Positions 10,760 to 18,985 are shown, counted from the stretch's first letter. The stretch is DNA of 64,000 bases from Longimicrobiales bacterium (GCA_041690395.1 JAWLHJ010000003.1:448001-512000); one strand, 5' to 3'. Notes: a model not told the origin generated them from the sequence alone. Numbers and translations: made by a program.

Positions 10760-11131
10760 TCACTCCCCTATATCAGCCCCGCGGGGCTGAATCGCCTGCA
10801 GCACCAGCCACGCAACCACCGCGAGGGTCAACATCGAAAGCCCAAGGATCGACGGACTTAGGGCGATCTGAAGCCCACCGCCGAGCACCGTGGGCTCGAT
10901 ACGACCGGCCTGCGCCACGGACCGAGCGGCCACCGCGAACCCGAGGACCGTGCCCAGCACGCCGAGCAGCGCGTTCAAGAGGCCCCACACCAGCACCGCG
11001 TGCCGCGCCCGGACGGCACCGGTCGGCCTGCGGACCGCAGCCGCGGCGCGCACGATCTGGATCAGTAGGAGCGTGGCCGCCACCAGCATCGGCCAAAGGA
11101 TGAGCCCCATGTTCGACAATAAGCTGATCAT
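10760..11131 (-). CDS. Small membrane protein, MotA/TolQ/ExbB proton-channel-like
   Basis: LLGVLGTVLGF...GGLQIALSPSILGL resembles the LGLLGTVxG...GIxxAL hairpin; ATGA overlap with the upstream gene. Confidence 0.6.
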   Translation of the reverse strand: MISLLSNMGLILWPMLVAATLLLIQIVRAAAAVRRPTGAVRARHAVLVWGLLNALLGVLGTVLGFAVAARSVAQAGRIEPTVLGGGLQIALSPSILGLSMLTLAVVAWLVLQAIQPRGADIGE

Positions 11132-11886
11132 GATTCGTCTCCCGAGGCAGGAACAGCGGACAGGAGCCACCGCAGCTCCTCCTCGACGCCCTGGGTGAAA
11201 GTGTGAGCCTGGGCGAGCGCTATCGCGCCGAAGAGCCCGAGCATTGCGATGGACAGCGTGAGCCCGGCGGTGGCAGCACCGGTCGCGAATGCCGCGGCCA
11301 CGTCGGGGAGGTCGATCCCGGCGGCAAGGCTGCCCATTGCCATCCATCCCTCGACTAGCGTCACCGTGCAGCCCAGGGACAGCGCCAGTCCGATGAGGCC
11401 CACCTGGACCACGCCGGCCCGCACGAGCATGGAGGTACTCGCGTCCTCACGGACCAGGGCTCGAAAGGCGTACCACGACAGGTGGCCAACCACGAGCACG
11501 GCCACCACGCAGAGAGGCCCAGCGGCCCGCCAAGGCACCCCGGTGGTGGTGCTCAGCGCGAGCAACGGCGCTAGAACGGCGAATCCCGCCATACCCCATA
11601 CGCCCGAGAGTTCGAGCCACCGGGCCATACGGGAGGGTGCGGGTCCTACCAGGCGGGCGTAGGTCGAGCGATGAAGGTCCGTGAGCGCGCAAGCATCGTC
11701 GAGAGTCGGTGCGAGGAGGGCGACGGCCCGCTCTCGCGCCTCCTCCGGAGCGTGCCCTTCGGCCACGAGCATCGCGACCAGGTCCTCGAAATCCGCGCGC
11801 AGCTCGCGGAGCAACACGACGCGGCGTCGTGCGGGCAAGTCGAGGTGGTCGTCGAGCTCTCGGATCATCCGCTCAGCCTCGTGCAT
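11128..11886 (-). CDS. Membrane protein with N-terminal HAAS/DUF1700-like helical domain
   Basis: RELDDHL...RELRADFEDL...EG..PEEARERAV followed by about four TM helices; directly downstream of PadR. Confidence 0.6.
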   Translation of the reverse strand: MHEAERMIRELDDHLDLPARRRVVLLRELRADFEDLVAMLVAEGHAPEEARERAVALLAPTLDDACALTDLHRSTYARLVGPAPSRMARWLELSGVWGMAGFAVLAPLLALSTTTGVPWRAAGPLCVVAVLVVGHLSWYAFRALVREDASTSMLVRAGVVQVGLIGLALSLGCTVTLVEGWMAMGSLAAGIDLPDVAAAFATGAATAGLTLSIAMLGLFGAIALAQAHTFTQGVEEELRWLLSAVPASGDES

Positions 11887-12211
11887 GATTCGGTCCTTCG
11901 AGCACTCGGATGAGGTCGAGGAAGAGCGACTTCATCTCCCGAGACTCCCCCTCGAGGTACTTCGATCCCTTTGGAGTCAGCTCGTAGACCTTCCGCCGGC
12001 GCCCCTCCGCCTCCCACCGGCCGCGGATGACGCCCTGCTTCTCCAGCCGGTGCAGGATCGGGTAAAGCGTGCCGTACTGGAAGGCGAAGGCGCCGCCGCT
12101 GTCCCGCTCCACCGCCAGGGCGATCTCATAGCCGTGAGCAGGCCCGTCGCGCAGGCACGCGAGGATGAGGAGCTCGTTAACCTGCTTGGACAGGTTGGGC
12201 TGTTGTGTCAT
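11873..12211 (-). CDS. PadR-family transcriptional regulator
   Basis: ELLILACLRDGPAHGYEI...GTLYPILHRLEKQG...RRRKVYELTPKG. Confidence 0.92.
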   Translation of the reverse strand: MTQQPNLSKQVNELLILACLRDGPAHGYEIALAVERDSGGAFAFQYGTLYPILHRLEKQGVIRGRWEAEGRRRKVYELTPKGSKYLEGESREMKSLFLDLIRVLEGPNHARG

Positions 12212-12287
12212 CGCGGAGCCTTTATTGGGTGGCGGGACCGACGCGCCTGGAGACCCGGGACATCCTTGCGCCTGCACATGTCGCCCG

Positions 12288-12314
12288 TCTATATAAAGAT
12301 TATCGATATATAGA
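12288..12314. promoter_or_regulatory. AT-rich palindrome TCTATATA-N11-TATATAGA, candidate operator between divergent genes
   Basis: 8-bp perfect arms plus inner GAT-T-ATC symmetry in a GC-rich background. Confidence 0.6.
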
Positions 12315-12336
12315 GTCTCTTGGGCAAGGAGCGAAC

Positions 12337-13551
12337 ATGCGCGACCACGTAAATGGCCCACGTCCCTCACCGACGATCAGCCTCGCGGCGCTCTTGCTCC
12401 TCGGAGCGTGCGGCGGGGCGGAGACGTCGACGCGGAATAAGGACGAGATCGTGCTCGTGGCGCCCGAACAGGTCCAGGAACTGGCCGCCCCCGACGGTCT
12501 CGCGCGTGTCCTGGACATGGAGGTGACGACGGACGGCCGGATCTGGGTCCTCAACTCGGTGGAACCCTTCTTCACGGTCCTCTCCCCTGACGGACGGGTG
12601 GAGCGCGCCTTCGGCACTGAAGGGGGTGGTCCCGAGGAGTACGGCTTCCCGGTGGGGCTTGTGCGGGGTCCCGGGCCAGGCGAGGTGTGGGCCTACGACG
12701 TGCCGCGTCACGCGCTCCGCCGGGTCGGGCCCGAGGCCGACCTCGACCTGGCACTGCCCCCGGACAGCTTCCCCGCGTCCAGCGCCGTATCCTTCCACGG
12801 AGCCGGCTTCCGGCCGGCGCGCCCCTGGCTGGAGCCCGCGCCCGATGGCATCCGGCTGGCGCGGGGCCGCCCGTCTACAGACCCGTGGAGCGGGCTTCGC
12901 ATGTGGAGGGCCGACATCCATCTGCTCCGCACCGACGATACTACCGCGCGGTTCGAGCCACGACAGCAGGTGGCGGACCTGCTCGGCGATCCGGGGACAC
13001 GCTGGCCGGGGGCGACGATGTTCCTGCCCTACCCTGTCTGGAGCGTGTGCGGCGACGGCGGCCTGGCGCTCTACGACCCGCTCCGCAACGAGATCCGACG
13101 CTTCACCGCCGCCGGCGAAGAGCGCGAGCCCATCGCCCTTCCCGACGAGCGCCGGCTGGCCCTCACCCTCGAACGCTTCTACGGGATGTTCGACCTGGAG
13201 TACCGCGAGCAGGTCCCCGCGTCGCAGCGTGTGGACAGCACACAGATGCGCGCCTCCTTCGAGAGGGACTTCCCCCAGCTCGCTGCGTTGTCCGCCGATG
13301 CCTTCCCCGAGTACGCGGACCTGATGTGCACGGGCGAGGACCACATGCTCTGGCTCCAGCCGTTCGACACGGAGAGCCCCGGTCTGGGCCACGGCCCCGA
13401 GTGGTGGCGCTTCGCGCAGGACGGGACCCGCACGGTCTTCCGGCTGCCCGACACGTTCACCGCCTTCCGGTTCCGGGCGGGCCGGGTATGGGGATCGATG
13501 GTCGATTCCCTTGGGGTTCCGTCCGTGGCTTGGATCGACGTGGGTCCGTAG
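12337..13551 (+). CDS. Putative lipoprotein, beta-propeller-like
   Basis: Lipobox-like LLLLGAC; FGTEGGGPEEY motif typical of 6-bladed/NHL-like propellers; AGGAG RBS. Confidence 0.65.
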   Translation: MRDHVNGPRPSPTISLAALLLLGACGGAETSTRNKDEIVLVAPEQVQELAAPDGLARVLDMEVTTDGRIWVLNSVEPFFTVLSPDGRVERAFGTEGGGPEEYGFPVGLVRGPGPGEVWAYDVPRHALRRVGPEADLDLALPPDSFPASSAVSFHGAGFRPARPWLEPAPDGIRLARGRPSTDPWSGLRMWRADIHLLRTDDTTARFEPRQQVADLLGDPGTRWPGATMFLPYPVWSVCGDGGLALYDPLRNEIRRFTAAGEEREPIALPDERRLALTLERFYGMFDLEYREQVPASQRVDSTQMRASFERDFPQLAALSADAFPEYADLMCTGEDHMLWLQPFDTESPGLGHGPEWWRFAQDGTRTVFRLPDTFTAFRFRAGRVWGSMVDSLGVPSVAWIDVGP

Positions 13552-13715
13552 GTATGCGACACGGCTGCTGTAAGCGCCCAAGTCACACCGGCCGGGCGTC
13601 TCCTTCGAGCGCCTTGCCCGCCCATACGGCGTCTCGGCGGCCCGTTTGGCTGGAGGTCGATCCGTCGGGCGGGTCGCAAAGGCAGCTGGACGGCTCACAC
13701 GACGGGGCCGTCTAT

Positions 13716-13915
13716 CCGACGCGTGGCAGAAACGTGACACGGCGGGTGGGTGCGGCGACCGCGCGGGATGTTTCTGCCGCATACGGTGGTCAACATGCCA
13801 CGGGGCGGGATCTCGGCGGCGGCCTTGTGATCTTTCTGCCGTATAGTGTGGTCAACACCCCGATCGCCGGTCGAGGTCGTCCGATTTGGGATGTTTCTGC
13901 CACGTTCGGTCGAGC
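13716..13915. repeat. Repeats with core TTTCTGCC: three direct copies at 13765, 13827 and 13888 plus one inverted copy near 13716-13736
   Basis: Copies 1 and 2 match at 26/31 nt; copy 3 shares the first 14 nt with copy 1; period 62 and 61 nt. Confidence 0.7.
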
Positions 13916-13948
13916 GAAGACGGCAGCGGAGCGAGCTCCAGGCCTTCG

Positions 13949-14142
13949 GCTGCGGTCGGCGCTCGGCGCCGATCCTCATCGGATCTGACCGATAGGGCCC
14001 CATGGAGGCGGCGGCGGTGAGCTGCGGTCGGTGCTCCACACCGATCCTCGCTCTGTCGCGGGATGGCCGGAAGGCGCTACTCGCGAGAAGCCAGCAGGCC
14101 CGCTCGGCTCTGCTGCGGTCGGCGCTGCGCGCCGACCCTCGC
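13949..14142. repeat. Three REP-like hairpins GCTGC-GGTCGGYG-loop-CRCCGAYC-CTC
   Basis: Copies start at 13949, 14021 and 14112; the stem shows a compensatory C-G to T-A change in copy 2. Confidence 0.75.
13985..14014 (-). repeat. Degenerate direct copy of the tmRNA 3' end and terminator arm
   Basis: CTGACCGATAGGGCCCCATGGAGGCGGCGG matches 14249-14278 at 26/30 nt. Confidence 0.7.
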
Positions 14143-14196
14143 AGGTCTCGCGGGGGAGCGAAGCGGCGCCATGCGGCGACAACCTCCTGGCCGCTC

Positions 14197-14223
14197 GGTT
14201 CAAACCCCGCCGCCTCCACTCGG
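14197..14223 (+). repeat. Inverted copy of the tmRNA 3' end
   Basis: GGTTCAAACCCCGCCGCCTCCACTCGG vs tmRNA-strand GGTTCGACTCCCGCCGCCTCCACTCGG (14288-14262): 24/27 nt, all mismatches in the T-loop. Confidence 0.85.
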
Positions 14224-14224
14224 T

Positions 14225-14263
14225 AAAAACAAAAAGGCCCTACCGGGGCTGACCGGTAGGGCC
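14225..14263 (-). terminator. Rho-independent terminator of tmRNA
   Basis: 11-bp stem GGCCCTACCGG/CCGGTAGGGCC with a 6-nt loop, followed on the minus strand by TTTTTGTTTTT. Confidence 0.9.
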
Positions 14264-14266
14264 GAG

Positions 14267-14621
14267 TGGAGGCGGCGGGAGTCGAACCCGCGTCCGCGAA
14301 TGAGTCCAGCAGGATCTCTACGTGCGTAGAACGCTGAGAGGTCTCGCTACGGTGAGCCAGCGATCAGCCCGGTCCGCAGCCAGCCACCTGAAATCTCGTC
14401 TTCCGTCCTGGTGGCGCGAACGGTAGACCAGCCCGACTCGTCGTCGTCTCAAGGAGCGCCTCGGGCGGGCCCTCCAGGAGACGGGCCTACGTAAGGTTTA
14501 GCTTACGCGGCCAGCGCCATGTTGTTGTTGGCAGCTATCAATTTTCCCAAGGATTTACGAGGATCAGGACCTCGGCACGCAACCCAACTTTCACCAAACA
14601 CGTCGAAGCCGTGACGCCCCC
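14267..14621 (-). ncRNA. ssrA: tmRNA, tag peptide ANNNMALAA
   Basis: 5' GGGGGCGTCACGGCTTCGAC; 3' GCGGGTTCGACTCCCGCCGCCTCCA; G3-U70 alanine identity pair; tag ORF 14532-14503; CCA not encoded. Confidence 0.95.
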
Positions 14622-14754
14622 GTGTTCGCGCGGCCGTGCTTCCGGTGGCCGGCGGTGAAGATCTTTCAAACAACCTCTTCGTGAACATCTTACACGAACG
14701 CGGGGTGGAGGGTCCACCCCGAAACGGAGCCATCGGCACCAAGGGGGACAACGG

Positions 14755-16383
14755 ATGCACGCTCGAGGCTGGCGACGCGATCGGATGAGAGGCGCGGCGC
14801 TGGCATGCGCCGCGGCGATGCTGGCGGCCGGCTCCTGCGGCCCCGCCCCGGCGGATGACGCAGCCGCTCACGGGGAGGGTCCCGGAGGATCCGCCGGGCC
14901 GCCGGACGCACCGTACGACCTGCTGATCCAGGGCGGCACCGTCATCGACGGCACGGGCGGGGCCCGCCGGCGCGCGGACGTCCTCGTGCGTGACGGGGTC
15001 GTCGCGCACGTCGGACCGGTCGACGCCGACACCGTCACCGTGACGCAGACGTTCGACGCCACCGGGTTGATCGTTGCTCCGGGCTTCATCGACTTGCACG
15101 CGCACGGCGACCCCACCGAAACGCCCGAGTTCACGAACTTCCTGGCGCAGGGCGTCACCACCATCGTTCTCGGACAGGATGGCGGCAGCCCCGATCCGGG
15201 GGCCTTCTCCGCGACCCTCGACGCCGCCGACGCAGCCCGCCCCGCCCTCAACGTCGCCTACCTGGTCGGCCACAACACCGTCCGGAGGGCATCGGGCGTG
15301 GACTTCGGGGATCCGGACGCCACCGGCCTCGAACGGATGGCGAGCCTCGTCGAGCAGGCCCTGGACGCGGGCGCGTTCGGGCTCTCCACCGGGCTCGAGT
15401 ACACCCCCGGCAACCAGGCCGGAATCGAGGAGCTCACCGCGTTGGCGCAGCCGGTCGCAGCCGTCGACGGCGTGGTCATGAGCCATGTCCGGAGCGAGGA
15501 CGCGGACCGGATCGACGCGTCGGTCGCGGAGCTCCTGGAACAGGGCCGGCGCTCGGGCGCCCGGGTGCACGTGTCGCACATGAAGATCGTGCTAGAGGAC
15601 GACCTCTCCGCGGCCGATCGCATTCTCGCGACGCTCGAGGCGGCGCGCGCCGACGGGCTGCGCGTCACTGCGGACGTCTATCCCTACACGGCCAGCTTCA
15701 CGGGCATCTCGATCCTCTTCCCGGACTGGGCCCGCGGCCCGACCCCGTATGCCGACGTGGTACGCGATCGCCGGCCGGAGCTCGAGGAGCACCTCAGGGC
15801 GCGGGTCGGCGCCCGGAACGGGCCGGAGGCGACGCTGTTCGGATCCGGTCCGTGGTCGGGGCTCACCCTCGAAGAGGCCGCGGCGCGGGAAGGACGCCCG
15901 TTCGAGGACCTCCTCGTCGAGCTCGGACCCGGCGGTGCCAGCGCGGCCTACTTCGTCATGGACGAAGGCGTCATGACGCGCTTCCTCACCGATCCGCACG
16001 TGGCCGTCTCCTCGGACGGAAGCCCCACCATGTCCCATCCGCGGGGTTACGGCTCCATGGCGCGGGTGCTGAGCACCTTCGCCGGCGAGTCGCGGATCCT
16101 CGGCCTGGAGGAAGTGATCCGGAAGATGTCTTCCCTGCCGGCCGAGATCCTGGGCCTCGACGACCCCGGGCGTATCGACGTGCCGCGCGGCACCGTGCGG
16201 GAAGGCATGGCCGCCGACCTCGTGGTGTTCGACCCGGCGGAAGTCGAGGACCGCGCGGACTTCGAGGCACCGCATACGCTCGCGGTCGGCATGCGGGCCG
16301 TGTGGGTCGGCGGCGAGCCGGCCTGGATGGACGGTGCGCCCGCGGACGGACCGCGGAACGGCCGGGTGCTGAGGCGGCGCTGA
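14755..16383 (+). CDS. N-acyl-D-amino-acid deacylase-like amidohydrolase, probably exported
   Basis: YDLLIQGGTVIDGTG, APGFIDLHAHGD, GLSTGLEY, HPRGYG, GMAADLVVFDP; signal-like N-terminus; start uncertain. Confidence 0.85.
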   Translation: MHARGWRRDRMRGAALACAAAMLAAGSCGPAPADDAAAHGEGPGGSAGPPDAPYDLLIQGGTVIDGTGGARRRADVLVRDGVVAHVGPVDADTVTVTQTFDATGLIVAPGFIDLHAHGDPTETPEFTNFLAQGVTTIVLGQDGGSPDPGAFSATLDAADAARPALNVAYLVGHNTVRRASGVDFGDPDATGLERMASLVEQALDAGAFGLSTGLEYTPGNQAGIEELTALAQPVAAVDGVVMSHVRSEDADRIDASVAELLEQGRRSGARVHVSHMKIVLEDDLSAADRILATLEAARADGLRVTADVYPYTASFTGISILFPDWARGPTPYADVVRDRRPELEEHLRARVGARNGPEATLFGSGPWSGLTLEEAAAREGRPFEDLLVELGPGGASAAYFVMDEGVMTRFLTDPHVAVSSDGSPTMSHPRGYGSMARVLSTFAGESRILGLEEVIRKMSSLPAEILGLDDPGRIDVPRGTVREGMAADLVVFDPAEVEDRADFEAPHTLAVGMRAVWVGGEPAWMDGAPADGPRNGRVLRRR

Positions 16384-16502
16384 CCACCGGCCGCCCGCCC
16401 ACCGGAGGCCGCCTCGGCCGCCAACCAGCCAAGCCGGCACGGCCGCCCAAGCCGGGACGGCCTCGTGGGACGGGCCCGGGGCTGACGCCGGGCTGGCCGT
16501 GC

Positions 16503-17501
16503 CTAAGCCGGAACGGCCTGGCGCCTACCCGTCAGATATCCCTCGAGCAACCGCTCGACGTCCTCGAGCGTCTCCGACTGGAACAGCTCGGTGCGCAGCT
16601 TCCGGCCGTCCGGGAGCCCCTTGGTGTACCAGCCGAGGTGCTTCCGGAAGTCGATGATCGCGCGGTCCGGATTCTGCTCGAAAGCGATCGCGTTGCGGGC
16701 GTGCTCGAGACAGATCTCGAACTTCTCCTCGACACCGGGCTCGGGCGGAATCGGAAGCCCGTCGAGGGCCGCTCTCGCCTGCGTGAAGATCCACGGATCG
16801 CCGTGCGAGCCTCGGGCGATCATGATCCCCGCGCAGCCGGTCTCGTCCTTCATGCGACGGGCGTCGGCGCCCTCCACGATGTCGCCGTTCCCGATGACCG
16901 GAATCTCGAGCGCCTCCGCGACGTCGCGGATCTCGGACCAGCGGGCCTGGCCGGAGTACATGTCCGCGCGGGTCCGGGGGTGCAGGCAGAGCGCCCTCGC
17001 GCCCGCCTGCTCGCACCGCAGGGCGATCCCCACAGGGTCTCGCGTCTTCTCGTCGAAGCCCGACCGGATCTTCACGGTGGTCGGGAGCGGCGTGGCGTCG
17101 TCCACGGCCCGCACGATGCGGTCCACGAGGTCGAGGTCCCGGAGGCACCCGGAGCCGCCGTTCCGCTTCACGACCTTCTTCACCGGGCATCCGAAGTTGA
17201 TGTCGATGAAGTCGGGCCCGTACACGTCGGCCACGAGCGCCGCCGCGTCGGCCATCATCGCCGGATCCGCGCCGAAGATCTGGATGCCGATGGGGCGCTC
17301 CGCGTCGTCGAACCGGAGGTAGTCCCGAGAGCGGGGCGAGCCCATGATGATCCCGGCCGCGCTCACGAACTCGGACACCACGACATCGGCCCCGAACCGC
17401 CGACACAGGCGGCGGAACGGGGACTCGCTCACCCCTGCCTGGGGCGCGAGATAAAGGGGCGTGCGCTCGCTTCGGAGCAGCGCGAAAACGTCGTCGGACA
17501 T
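16503..17501 (-). CDS. dusB: tRNA-dihydrouridine synthase B
   Basis: LAPQAGVS, IDINFGCPVKKV, TVKIRSG, HPRT, VIGNGDI. Confidence 0.92.
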   Translation of the reverse strand: MSDDVFALLRSERTPLYLAPQAGVSESPFRRLCRRFGADVVVSEFVSAAGIIMGSPRSRDYLRFDDAERPIGIQIFGADPAMMADAAALVADVYGPDFIDINFGCPVKKVVKRNGGSGCLRDLDLVDRIVRAVDDATPLPTTVKIRSGFDEKTRDPVGIALRCEQAGARALCLHPRTRADMYSGQARWSEIRDVAEALEIPVIGNGDIVEGADARRMKDETGCAGIMIARGSHGDPWIFTQARAALDGLPIPPEPGVEEKFEICLEHARNAIAFEQNPDRAIIDFRKHLGWYTKGLPDGRKLRTELFQSETLEDVERLLEGYLTGRRQAVPA

Positions 17502-17633
17502 GCGTGGAAGCTACGGCCTGGGCGCGTCGGGGTGAAGTCGAAGTGCGGCCGGGGGATCGACGCACCCGTCCCGATCCTCTATTCTCCAAATGGTCAACGA
17601 ACAAGCACCCGAATTGTAGTTCGGAGGACATAC

Positions 17634-18086
17634 ATGCGGCTAACCGAGCTGTTCACGGTCGATTCCGTGAAGCTCCAACTCGAATCGGAGACGAAGGACG
17701 ATCTCCTGAAAGAGTTGATTTCCCTCCTGGGCCTGGACGACAAATCCGAGGCCATCCTCTTCAAGACCGTGAAGCGGCGCGAGAATCTCGGCTCCACGGG
17801 CATCGGTAAGGGGATCGCGATCCCGCACTGCCGATCCCTCGTGGCGAACCGCCTCCGCCTCGCCTACGGGCGCAAGCCCGGCGGCATCGACTTCAACGCC
17901 ATCGACGGCGCGCCGGTCTACAACTTCTTCCTCATCGTGGCGCCGCCCCTCGAGGTGTCGAACCAGTATCTCCCCGTCCTCGGCAAGATCGCGCAGTTCG
18001 CCAAGGACCCCGAGGTGCCCGACCTGCTTCTGGCGCTCGAGGACCCGAACGAGTTCCTGAATCTGCTCGACGAGAAGTCTCGATGA
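17634..18086 (+). CDS. PTS EIIA component, PtsN/Fru-type
   Basis: RENLGSTGIGKGIAIPHCR phospho-His motif; GGAGG RBS. Confidence 0.9.
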   Translation: MRLTELFTVDSVKLQLESETKDDLLKELISLLGLDDKSEAILFKTVKRRENLGSTGIGKGIAIPHCRSLVANRLRLAYGRKPGGIDFNAIDGAPVYNFFLIVAPPLEVSNQYLPVLGKIAQFAKDPEVPDLLLALEDPNEFLNLLDEKSR

Positions 18087-18439
18087 ACGAAGAGCTCGTC
18101 CTGATGCTGGAGATCCAGGACCTCACATCGAAGGCGCGGGAGATCGAGAGCGGAGAGTTGGGCGACCTGGAGAAGGCCCACTTCGGGGTCGACCCGGCCG
18201 TAGCGGTCAAGGCGCTGCGTGGGAAGGCGGACCAGCTCATGGCCGATCTTCGGCCGAACGTGCGCGGGCGCTTCACGCAGCTCACCAAGCGCGTCGACCG
18301 GGCGGTCGTGCCGGTCATCGACGGCACCTGCTTCGGCTGCTACGTCTCGATTCCGACGGCGACCGCCGGAGAGCAGAATCCGAACGCGGATCTGCAGACC
18401 TGCGAGACCTGCGGGCGCTTCCTCTACATCCTGGTCTGA
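18083..18439 (+). CDS. C4-type zinc-ribbon protein (DUF164-like, short)
   Basis: AVVPV...CFGC...CETCGRFLY; ATGA overlap with the EIIA gene. Confidence 0.8.
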   Translation: MNEELVLMLEIQDLTSKAREIESGELGDLEKAHFGVDPAVAVKALRGKADQLMADLRPNVRGRFTQLTKRVDRAVVPVIDGTCFGCYVSIPTATAGEQNPNADLQTCETCGRFLYILV

Positions 18440-18460
18440 GCGGGACCGGCCTCACCCGCG

Positions 18461-18502
18461 GCGCCGACCGTCGGGTGAGCGCCGACCGTCGGGTGAGCGC
18501 CG
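18461..18502. repeat. 18-bp tandem repeat (about 2.3 copies) between convergent genes
   Basis: GCGCCGACCGTCGGGTGA twice plus GCGCCG; CGGGTGAG can pair with CTCACCCG at 18451. Confidence 0.8.
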
Positions 18503-18538
18503 CCCGGACCGCGCGTCACGCCTGGTCCCCGCCGGGCG

Positions 18539-18985
18539 TCACTTCAGCACGTACATCTTCCGCGTCTCACTGCGTCCGTTGACGGTGAGCTGCATGAAGT
18601 AGATGCCGGACGCCACCTGTCGGCCGGACAGGTCGTAGCCGTCCCAGAACGCTTCGTAGCGGCCGGGGATCGTGTACTCGAGCTGCCGCATCTCCTGCCC
18701 TTCACCGGACGGGTGGCCGAGGGCCACCGGATAGGCGACGAGTTGCTGCAGCAGGTTGAAGATGCGTACGGTCACGACCGTAGGACGCCCGTCGACGAAC
18801 AGGTCTTCACCCAGGGTGAAGGGGATGGTCGTCTCGGGGTTGAACGGGTTCGGATAGTTCTGTTCGAGCTGGAATCCGTTCGCCTGCCCGGCCTGGGCGC
18901 GAGCCCCGTCCTGGGCGGAGAGGGCGTCGACCGTCGTGATGGCCGAGAGAAGGAGGACGGACAAGACGCCGATGGTGCGTCTCAT
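18539..18985 (-). CDS. Exported stand-alone FlgD-Ig / T9SS C-terminal sorting domain-like protein
   Basis: Signal peptide followed by FQLEQNYPNPFNPETTI...IFNLL...WDG...GRQVASGIYF...RKMYVLK. Confidence 0.75.
   Translation of the reverse strand: MRRTIGVLSVLLLSAITTVDALSAQDGARAQAGQANGFQLEQNYPNPFNPETTIPFTLGEDLFVDGRPTVVTVRIFNLLQQLVAYPVALGHPSGEGQEMRQLEYTIPGRYEAFWDGYDLSGRQVASGIYFMQLTVNGRSETRKMYVLK

Noticed and set aside
13765..13915. Bona fide CRISPR array
   Set aside because: Only 2-3 degenerate repeats and no cas genes; kept as a repeat finding only.
14004..14218. Plus-strand tRNA or second tmRNA
   Set aside because: An acceptor-like stem and T-loop exist, but the T-stem does not pair and no D or anticodon arm is evident.
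1..14266. Intact integrative element or prophage at tmRNA
   Set aside because: No integrase, phage or conjugation genes in the window, and the direct repeat is only about 265 bp from tmRNA.
13695..14329. ORFs starting MEAAGFEP or MEAAAV, or containing WRRRESNPRP
   Set aside because: These are translations of tmRNA 3'-end sequence and its copies, not proteins.
14503..15579. 358-aa minus-strand ORF ending ANNNMALAA
   Set aside because: The end is the tmRNA tag frame and the rest is antisense to the amidohydrolase.
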